Part shown: piece after piece, positions 54,214 to 64,000 of the stretch | Position numbering within the stretch: position 1 is the stretch's first letter | Layout of the letters: every line of letters begins with the position of its first letter | Origin: Magallana gigas | Lineage: Eukaryota | Assembly: GCF_963853765.1 (NCBI RefSeq) | Contig: NC_088855.1 | Coordinates: 3,906,001-3,970,000, forward strand | Direction: 5' to 3' | DNA: 64,000 nt | Made by a program: the position numbers and the translations under genes | The notes under the pieces: model-generated | Seen by the model: only the letters and a program-made list of their open reading frames with translations | Told to the model about the DNA's origin: nothing | Database searches by the model: none

Positions 54214-54274
54214 TGTCATGTTGTAAATTTTGAATTTACCGGGTGGCAGTAAATACAAAATTTACAACATGACA
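54214..54274. repeat. Near-perfect inverted repeat (26-bp stem, 1 mismatch, 9-nt loop)
   Basis: TGTCATGTTGTAAATTTTGAATTTAC-cgggtggca-GTAAATACAAAATTTACAACATGACA. Confidence 0.9.
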
Positions 54275-55683
54275 AATACGATATTAAATAATATGTTTGC
54301 CAATTAGAGAGCGCGTAACAACCCAAATAAAATTATATGATTATACAATACAATAATAAATATTTTCATATTTGCATACAAAATACATGTACACGCTGCT
54401 TGATTGGTGTTTGAACAGACCTTAATGAATTGTAAAATTATCTTAGGAAATACGGTAGTGTTTTGAATTATACTAAGAGGACGGGTATCAAATACATTTT
54501 CGCTTTGCCAATTTTCTACTACATGTAATCAGTAAATGCGACTGATCGTTTTCATGAAAAAAAATCAACGCAAAGATTCTGCTGTCTGTAGAAATATTTT
54601 CAATCGATATTTGATATTTCCAAACAGTTTTCTTTAAAAAAAAAGTTAGCTATTCCAGCAAATGTCGCAAATCCTAACCCCCCCCCCCCCCATGTACATT
54701 TGTTATCGAAAAAACGTAAATGTAACTGTTTATAAAAACGTGTACGTTTGTTTAATAATTTAACCATTTTAGTAATATCCATTTCTATGTACTTTCCATT
54801 CTAAACTACTACACAGTTGTAAATTGTTATACTTGGTACGAACCTCGTGTAAGTTGTCAGAACTTGTATTTTGTTTATGAAATAAATATGTTCAACCCCC
54901 CCCCCCCCTCCCCTCCAGTCTGTCATTGATTATAACTTGTTGATTTTTAATTGACAGATTTAAATTCCATTGTGAACACATAATGATTCACTACTGATTT
55001 ACATATATCCATGCCACGACCTCCACAGTCATTGTTTTAATAATGAAAGACTTCAATAAGTTTTTTAATTATTTATTTTGGATTATCTAGTTTGTGGCCA
55101 ATCATCCATCACTCACATTCAGTCACACATTGTCATAACGGTTCCTATCACACATAACGCTACTCATCTACACACAGTCATGTTGATGGGATGGCAAGAC
55201 ATGCCTGGTAGATTCAATCACACACAGCTTTCATAATTATATCTTCATTTACATACAAATAACGTCTGACTCATTCATTCACTAAATTATATTGTACAGA
55301 TATCTCCATTCATACACATATAAAGTGCAGATGCCCTAATTCATACAAATATATTATACAGACATCCTTGCTCAATCATGATGAAAATATGATAAATGCA
55401 GAAATTAAATGCATTCAATTTCATCGAATGCACCAACTATCTTCATCATTGCTCTAAAATAAAAAGTTGATATACCCATTCCTGCTAAAGTTATATTTAT
55501 ACACACAGGCATACAGTTTCACAATTATAAATAAAGGGGAAGATTGAAAGAAAGAACTAGTAAGAGAAGACTGGGATAAAAATAGCACATTTTACAATCA
55601 CAAAATAGTAATTGATGTATATCATAACAACAAATAAATATCATGACTGGTTTGTTTGATTGTTAACATGGTTAATGAGGTAG

Positions 55684-56298
55684 TCATGGAGATGTGCAGT
55701 TTCTGTAACTGTCTACTTTCACTTTGATGATGATGCTGTCATCTTTGATGTAGTCTCTTGTCTTCAGGATTTCGTGGGACACAAATTTAGGGTACCCGAA
55801 TCCCAGTGCACCTGTGTCCTTGACCGGTTTCTGAAAATGTTTCCAGGTCGGATCTGGAACAAAGCTCTCGGTAATGTTAGCTCTCAGATCATAGTCAATA
55901 TTCTGGTCATAAATCGAAAACGAAATCGGCAAAATGAACGGCCACTCCAGAATGTTGTCATACTCCCCGGGGAGAATCTTGATGTACACGGACAAGTATT
56001 TTCCCTCCCCTGCACCATTCCCATTCAGGAACACAGAGGCGGCCATTTTGTATCCATATCTGGCTGTGTAGAATGGCTCACTGACAAGTTCAACACTCTT
56101 GTAAGCAGACTCCAAAAACTTCTGCTTGTAGTTTGAGATTTTCCAGATGAATTCACCGTCAGTGATATGGGTGAGTGAGTATAAGGCATTACACAGCTGA
56201 GTGATTTGAGTTTGTTGAGTTTTTGAGAGGTCACACATGAGTTTAAGATGATGCTGTACATTCTCTGCTGTATGCTTTTCCATGCTGAATCTAGGACA
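55684..56298 (-). CDS. TRAF4: TRAF4 last exon: coiled coil and MATH domain
   Basis: ttttttcag|TGT CCT AGA ... TGA (55684-55686); 615 nt; AATAAA on the minus strand at 55072-55077. Confidence 0.96.
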   Translation of the reverse strand, partial: CPRFSMEKHTAENVQHHLKLMCDLSKTQQTQITQLCNALYSLTHITDGEFIWKISNYKQKFLESAYKSVELVSEPFYTARYGYKMAASVFLNGNGAGEGKYLSVYIKILPGEYDNILEWPFILPISFSIYDQNIDYDLRANITESFVPDPTWKHFQKPVKDTGALGFGYPKFVSHEILKTRDYIKDDSIIIKVKVDSYRNCTSP

Positions 56299-59200
56299 CT
56301 GAAAAAAGCATCAGAAAATTGTTTATCATACCCTATAAAGTTTTTTAAAGAAAATTTCAAACTACATATTTTCATATTCCAGGACATTAAGAAGAAAGCA
56401 TAAAAAACAGGGAACAATATTTTATGAAGTTTTGTGAGAACGATTCCAGTAATATATACAGATTTTGATTTTTCAAATGGAGTTAACTCTCACCTTATGT
56501 TTACATCCTGCGTCTCTGAAGGAACAGGAAATGGTTGCTGAAGGACAAAGTTCTGTCACATGGAGGTCAAGATCCTCTCGGGGGATCTTTGTGGGGTCAC
56601 ATCTGTTGGGGCACACCACAGGGTACCTAGGGCACTGGTACTGGTGGGTCTATGTACACAGGGATAAATTTATTAATGCTTCAATTTTTTATATCAATAT
56701 CAGTTATAAGTTTTTGGCAGCATGAGCCCTGAATATGTATTGTAGATCTTTAGAAAATACATATATATAAAATCAATCACACATAAAGTACAGTGTACCT
56801 ATAATGATGTCTTCTCTGACTGAGATATAAAAACCATATCACTATCAACATCAATCCTGCTGCTTAACAACTTATCATCTACAGCTTTTGATTGGTCAGT
56901 ACCTGTAGAGTCTCCTGGACAAACTCCCTGCTACAGAACTGGCAGAGCACCGTCCGTTTGTGGCACTCGTTCCTCATGTGGTTGGCCAGGAAGCGGCGCT
57001 CAAGCCGGGCACCACATTTATTCTCACACCACATGACCTCCGATATGCACTGACCAGAGTGTTGCTGTACCAAAGAATTGGAATTTAAGATTAACTCATC
57101 ATAATCGTCCTTTCTAAAAGATTCCACAAAGTGCAACTTATGGATACATGTATTTTCATGGCATTAATTTAAAAATTCACAACTGTTTATGCGACAGCAT
57201 ATCCTAATATGTTGTTGCAATAAGACGGAGCAATCTTTTTTTTACCTTTTCATAGACGTCTCCTGGGAATTTTTTGGAACAAAATTCACACACCACCTGT
57301 CGCCTGCAACAGGTAAATTCCAGGTGGTCCTCCAAGTCTAGGCGGGGCAGCACTGCACCACATCTTAGAGGGCAAGGTAGGGCATCAAACGGACACTCAT
57401 CTAGGTGTACCTGAATAAAAGGATGGAAGAGATATAAGAGTTATTCCCCTTAAAATGTGCTGTAAAACAACTTTTGGTAAAAGTTGGTTTTATAGTCATC
57501 ACTTAAGATAAATGAGCTTCTGCATTTATATCACACATTTGCTGCAATATGCAGTGGATAAATCACCCATTATGTAGTAATTTTTTTTATATTACACTGC
57601 AAAGACATGATAAGGGATATTTAAGTAATAATTTATTGCACAAAAGGCCTATAAAAGAGGGATTTACACATACAAACAGCATTAAATCATGTAAATAAAA
57701 CAATCTCTCATGATTTGTGGTGGTATATAGCTGATGTATTTTAGATATTTTTTCAAATTTATTATGCTTAAAATAAATTGAAATATGATATTTATCCTAC
57801 AAGTTGTGTGTTTCCTATCCCCTTACCAAAGCTCAGTGATAGGGAACTCAAACTTGTTGGATAAATTTTTAAAATCATATACCAATTTATTTTAAGCATA
57901 ATAAATTTGAAAACCATCTGAAATACATCAACCATTGATCAGCTTATGATTTTAATGCATTTTAAATTCTCAATGTTTTACAGAGATTGGTATCACTGGT
58001 GTAGGGTTTACCTATGCGTAGTGGGTGACATTTGGAAGTATCCGAGAGATATTGGATGATAATGGGGCTACGTACACACAACACTCAGAGATCAATACCT
58101 ATACCACACAGATGTTACAGGATGTGCCGACAGACATCTACATTGAACTGCAGCTATTCAAACTCACACAAACAAATTCAACAGAATATGTATAAAATGG
58201 TAAAATTTGATACAAGGAAATGTAAAACAAATATTTCCTTTCATTATGACACCTTGGCAGATGGCAAGATGTTGACTGGCTTTATTTACATGTATATTGT
58301 GCTATTCAAGAGGTTTTTTCTGTTTTGTTCAACGTTTGTCAATATTTTACCAGTATCTCCATTTTTTGATAAAAACTGGATATAGATTTACATATAGCAT
58401 CTCTATTGATACTTGAGATAGGTTTGCATAAACAGTCAGAAAATCTTAATTCTGAAAATTTCTTTATACATGCACGTCATAAGAAAATATATAGGGTATT
58501 ATATGTGAACTGTTTCAATAATAAAGAGTGTACGCTGGATGGCTGTGTCATAGAGAGGCTGATATCATGCATACTACATGCTGGTTAAATCTATAAACTT
58601 ATCTCATCCTCATTCATCATATATTTTAGAACATACTTATTACTTTGTACAGTGTTTTCTGGTTAACAATGAGAGGAAGTGACAGACACGACCTACCTGT
58701 AGAATCTGGAGCTTGCCCACCCAGCGGCAGCCATCTTTGACGTTCCGACATCTGACCAGGCTGTTCATGACTTCCGTCGTTAGCTCCTCATCTGGGTAAA
58801 TCTGTCACAAGATCAAAGGACTATCATACTCTCATGTCCGGGAATGCTAGACACAGTTATACAGATACCAAATGTTGCCAATCTGAATTCGTATATTCTA
58901 TTTCACATGCCAAATATGTTACCAAGAAAAATTCAAGTCAACAACTGTTGAATCCATTGAAATTCTCATCACCATAAATCTAATGTTTTACAATGCCCTC
59001 AGATACTTTTACACCGTAAAATAAGGCAAATCCAATTAAAAGATGAGTTTTGTCTTTATGATAGACCACTTGAGATTTAAAAAAAACTAAGTATCCTTGC
59101 TGATCACATATTTCACAGGACTCCCAATAAAAGGCTGATTAATTATTAAATGTAGCAGAAAGACGAGAATGGATGAGATCATTGCTGTATGCACACAATT

Positions 59201-62135
59201 AACATAGCCTCTAATCCTAAACATCTAATGAATTTTTAATGCTAATGACAAACAGATGATCTTGTGAGATTCATGTTGCCAGCATGCGTCAGATACAAAC
59301 TAGTCTAACTCAAAGCAATCCATTGTTGTGAAGTTTCAATGTATGATATATTAATTCCTCCAAATTTGTTTGACAATTTGAGTTTTATTTAGGTATTTTT
59401 TCCCATCTTTTGACTTCAGTCTAATGTCAGAAGTGAGAAAATATCATATACAATGCAGGGTTCTTCACATCTTTTGTGTTGATAAAAAATAAAGTTTTAA
59501 ATGGCAGTCCTCTTCCCTAGCAGTATCTTTTGTGAAGCCTGTATATTTTAAAGCGTCTTTACAATTCAAAGATATAAGATTTTATTCAAAAGTCTAAAAT
59601 TACTGAAAATTAGAGCAGAATCCATTATCATGGACTTATTGAAAACAATTTACTAACACAAACATTTACAAACCAAGAACATGTCAACTTAGGAAAGCTG
59701 TAGAGATATTTAGCTTTATACCCATTATTTTCCTTACAAAGGATGATATTCAGTACACCATAAATTACATAAATTGATTTTCTTCCACATGGCTGCCTCT
59801 GACAAATTGCTGTCCATTATAACTCGATGGGCTGCACGTCTCGATGGAAGGAATACACATCTGTCACCCTTCAAACCTCATCCCTGAGGCTCAGATAACA
59901 ACCCCCACCCCCACCCCACCCCACAACCCAATACCTGGTTGTCTGCTACAAACTTAGCTACAGAACTAAAATTCTACGGCTGCCCATCAAAGTTTTTCTG
60001 ACCAGAGAGCTACAGTTTTGCTGCTATACTACACACTGTACCTACCTTCTGCATCCTGAAACAAGGTCTCCTGCTGTTTTCACTGATACAGACCAGTGAA
60101 CCATAAAGTCCACTCTCTTGTAGAGTACAACACATTTCTGTTATTGAGAGCTTACATTGTTAGGAGGAGGAGGAAGCTATAGATCTAGATAACATTTCCT
60201 GGTTCTTTATAACATCAAGAAGAAATTCAACCCCTTTCTTTGCTGCCTGCATTCCATAAATTGTTGTGACAAAGTCTGTGTAATTTAATGCAACTTTTTG
60301 AATAATTTCCTATCAATAACAAGAAAGTTATCTCCTCCAAGCAATTATCCAGGAAAATATATGGCAAGACATGGACAAGGTGGTAGAGGATCTATAAGGC
60401 AACTGTACATGTATTCTTAAAGATCTGGTGTCTGAGAGAGTGATTGACTGTCACTCATCAGATAACTCAATCCTCCATTATAATAAACTCTTACACATTC
60501 TACATTATATTGTATTACAATTCCCTCTTTAATACTATTCCAATATCCATGTCTCCTTATAGTTCTCTTGTTTCAATTCTAAATAATGACCTGTCCAATA
60601 CCTTCTCCATCATAAATACATAAAATCCTTCACAGACATTCATTTGCCTATAACATTCACAATGTCCTCACTAGGTTTTTTTTTTAACACAAAATACAGA
60701 GTATATGTATAGGATATATATGTTTACCTCCTGTCCCTAGCTGACATCCATCCAAGACATCAGAACACAGCCCAGGGTACCACCCTCCCCTCCTCTGTCC
60801 TCACAGGTTTATGGCCAGCATCAATGTCGACTTAGCTGTCCATGTTATACCCTCATCTACTGAGAGTCTATAATGTTTTATGGTGTGTGTGGGCCAGCTC
60901 TTTATCTGTGGGGTCACCCTTTTAACCTCTCCTTGTGACATAATCCCCCCATTCCGTCTCAGAATGATTTACTCTGCCTGTATCTTCACAAGCTTTCCAC
61001 AATGATCATCTACTATCATCACTGACCATCTACCCCTAATTGCCGGGTCTTATCCATAGGTATATAAGTAAACCTTCAGGTATATTATACATGAATGAGT
61101 TAACTTTAAACTGTGCCTGTTGAAGCATTGAAAATGCTCTGTCAAACTGTGACTCAGACTTGGACTAGCTAGGGGATCCTTGATAATTTGGTAAATTGGA
61201 CTAGTCAAAATTGCCAATGATTTCTCAATATACCGGTATACATTTTTATTAAGCTACTTTCTGATCAAACTATCATGAAATATATTTTGAAATCATAAGC
61301 AGAGTTAAGCAACAACAAACTTAAACCTGCAGCTATATAATTTTACACAAACAGCTGTTAATTACAGTGCCATCTCATCTATATCTATATAAAATATATA
61401 TCATTTCTTACCTAAAATCAAAACCAAACTGCAATAGTTTCCTTACATGGGGCCTGACTGACACAGAAACTGATCAATGTGATTGACCCAGCCTGGTCAA
61501 GCTCCATCCAGTGAAAAGTTTAATGGTGGAGAAAATCAGGTAATGAACAGAAGCCTGCCCTGTGTAGCTAATAAGAATAATCAAACCCCAATCTAGATCC
61601 TTATCTCCATAATCAGCCACCACAAGCCACTTCAGGCCCGGGACAAAGTGCAGATCTCCAATCCCTGCAAACTCCCTGATGTTTGGTCCAGATTATACTG
61701 GAGAGACAGGCATGTATTGATCGAAGTTCTAACATTAAAAAAGATCCTGATAAAGAATATTAAAGTCGGCTGGGTTAAATGAGTTTCAACCCTGAAACCA
61801 TAATTGCAGCTCATCATTGTGCACCAAGTGACCTCCGCATTTGAATGACAGCCTGCATGCAGCAGCCTTCTTTCACTGCTTAGTGCTTCCTTCCGATTGC
61901 TTCATTATGAAAGCTATCTGTCGTGGATCCCGCTGAAGCGAGCATGAAAGCCTTGGAGCTTCCAGGATGGCCATATGTCATGCTTTGACTTTACACAATG
62001 AGCTTCCACTTGATCTCAGTAGGAAATGGTGGAGAATAATACTCCCCGTTATAAATCTACCTGAATAAAGCCAAATATCTCACCTGTGCATAGTCCAAAG
62101 GTCTGTCATCTTCTGGGCATTTGGACACCCCACCA
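55684..62135 (-). CDS. TRAF4: TNF receptor-associated factor 4 (end of RING, TRAF zinc fingers, coiled coil, MATH domain); first exon outside the window
   Basis: complement(join(55684-56298,56494-56649,56903-57064,57246-57410,58697-58801,62084-62135)). All junctions GT-AG and in phase. Peptides KCPEDDRPLDYAQ|IYPDEEL, CENKCGAR, THQYQCPR, FLNGNGAGEG and LGFGYPKF match TRAF4 as I recall it. Confidence 0.95.
56494..56649 (-). CDS. TRAF4: TRAF4 zinc-finger exon (THQYQCPRYPVVCPNRC...GCKHK)
   Basis: 156 nt, phase 0-0, AAG|gtgaga. Confidence 0.93.
56903..57064 (-). CDS. TRAF4: TRAF4 zinc-finger exon (QHSGQCISEVMWCENKCGAR...ETLQ)
   Basis: 162 nt, phase 0-0. Confidence 0.93.
57246..57410 (-). CDS. 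TRAF4: TRAF4 zinc-finger exon (VHLDECPFDALPCPLRCG...VYEK)
   Basis: 165 nt, phase 0-0. Confidence 0.93.
58697..58801 (-). CDS. TRAF4: TRAF4 exon (IYPDEELTTEVMNSLVRCRNVKDGCRWVGKLQILQ)
   Basis: 105 nt, phase 0-0, CAG|gtaggt. Confidence 0.93.
62084..62135 (-). CDS. TRAF4: TRAF4 exon encoding the end of the RING domain (GGVSKCPEDDRPLDYAQ)
   Basis: tttttgcag| ... CAG|gtgaga; 52 nt, phase 2 to 0. Confidence 0.9.
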
Positions 62136-64000
62136 CTGCAAAAACAAAATGCACATGGTTAGCACATCACGACAAAACAACAAATATTTAAAATGTGTAA
62201 CGCAAGTCCATGAGCCCTCAACCATAGGAACTGATAGAAGGGTTTTTCCTCTTACCAAAATCCTATGACTGTGAAACAATATTTCACAAAGAAAATGTAC
62301 ACACTTTTAACAAAGGAACCAATTTAAAGAATGGAAAGCAGAAAACATTAAAGTCGAGAATCGTTCTAAACAAACTTTGGGATATCCTCATTTACAATAC
62401 CTTCATCAACATAAAAGTGTTTGACCAATATCAAGTGTCCAAATACCCAGCACATTTAAAGATTTTCGGCGTAAACTGTGTTTTAAATTGTCCTCTCTTT
62501 ATGCTGGTGATAACTGATTCATCAGACAAAGCGAGATTTAGGCTAAATATTGTAATCATATTGATCCAGAAAGCAATCATTAGATGTTCAGATAAATCTA
62601 CCAATCGGACGTAGATGGAAGCATTTTTGAACCAGCCTTTCTCTGTGAATATCAATTGATTTTCCATTATTCATTTAAATAATGGTTATTGCTGATTATA
62701 ATGGGGGCCAAAAATATCAGGATATTCCATTTAATGAAAAATGATAACTAAAGCTGAAAATAAAATACCATTGAATATATGAATGATACAAAATTAATGC
62801 AGTCATAATCGGGCATGAAAAAGTTTTGTTTGCACACAATATTCTGTGTCATCAAAAAAAGATAACAGCAAGTCAAAATCTTCTAAAGAAATAAATTTGT
62901 ATTTCACAAAATTAACACAATGTCAACATTTAGGGACTGTTTACATTTTGAGATTCTGAAAAGAGTTTTGATTAATATAACTTAAGAATAACCAACAGCT
63001 AGGGAAGAATTATGGAATTTTAATAAAAATAAAAAAAACCCTTTCTGTATATCATACAATAATGCATCCCATTTAAGCTTTAAAAGGGAGCAAAATCAAA
63101 TAACAACCCTCATTTTGGTCCACTCAAAGGAAAATTTGTCATTGTGGAGTGCACCTTTATTCAACACTTTGATGAAAAGATATATACCCAAAAGAAAATA
63201 TCTGTTTTAAATCTTTTGAAAAAAAAAACATTGAAATTGTAGATTTGCAGATTTGTAAAGAAAAAACAAACACTATGCCTTTTAGAGTAAACAACAGGCC
63301 TTGATGTGCATACATTTGTACAACTAAAAACAAACAATTTAGGACAATGTTTCACAGCAACCTTTTCCTCAAATGAAAGCCTCCCTAAACACACACCTAC
63401 CAGATCTCCGTGAAGTCAATATCAGATTAGAAATGTCCCAAGTCACAATGAAAATCAGATTTCCCAGAATTTAAGATCTCCACCTTGTCTACATGTAGTA
63501 GTCCTTATAAAATGGTTACGGCTTTTTCTGTGGAACCCACAATCCACCCAGGAACGGGAGCTCAGTGACTAGTATTCACGCACAGCGTGTATTGATCCTC
63601 CGTCGGAGATTTTTATCCAAGAGACATAAAATATTGATCACGCCAATCTTGTTTTTTATTCAAAGTTGCACAGATGCTTGTCATCATTTATTAGAAGCAA
63701 TATTGCGTTCATATTTCACCTCAGCTGACAGCGAGTTATTAATATTCTGGTGTTAATTGATACATAATCGTGTTAATAGTAGACAGTGGACAGTGAAATG
63801 CAATTACACCTGGCCTCCAGCACGTCATAGAGTCCACCAACGTGGGCTTCCGTGTCTGAGGTGTGATCAGGTGTTAAAAACATCCCCACATACATAAAGT
63901 TACACAAAAATATCAAAAAATGAGACCATCTTACAGACATCAAATAAATTCACCTAGTAAGGCTAAAGTGCAGAAAGAGTTACTTATTCAATGAAATAAA

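Noticed and set aside
55774-56417. ORFs 55774-56136 (+) and 56025-56417 (-)
   Set aside because: Antisense and alternative-frame overlaps of the TRAF4 MATH exon with no independent coding signal.
63800-63880. Possible TRAF4 first exon (minus-strand CCAG|GTGTAA donor)
   Set aside because: The phase-2 reading (…HVGGLYDVLEA) has no RING Cys/His pattern and the donor is weak; the real exon 1 is probably beyond the window.

Overview
AT-rich eukaryotic genomic DNA with GT-AG introns, most likely from a bivalve mollusc (oyster-like; inferred from gene content and repeat types). It contains one 129-N assembly gap. Bases 1.4-37.1 kb (+) hold a 5'-truncated smoothelin-family gene. I joined 19 exons into one continuous frame of about 1680 aa: three smoothelin repeats, four Ig I-set domains and a C-terminal smoothelin-type CH domain. 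The gene also has a pair of frame-incompatible (mutually exclusive) exons at the start of the CH domain and a probable internal promoter. Bases 40.5-53.4 kb hold an unrecognised cluster: two tandem paralogues encoding secreted, Cys-free, blocky low-complexity proteins (SPKK-type polycation block, Thr-rich block, conserved repeated V-x-G-x-x-N-x-V strands), an intronless orphan class A GPCR (-), a divergent Asp/Glu/Asn-rich ORF (+), and a third secreted 1088-aa Gln/Pro/Thr/Ser-rich protein (-) with the same two-exon design. Bases 55.7-62.1 kb (-) hold TRAF4; its RING-encoding first exon lies beyond the window. Introns carry TTAA-flanked (Kolobok-type) and TA-flanked MITE-like elements, minisatellites and a 26-bp hairpin. 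The best candidate for an undescribed system is the secreted-protein cluster, possibly a self-assembling extracellular, shell or adhesive matrix module. That functional reading is inference; no database searches were run.
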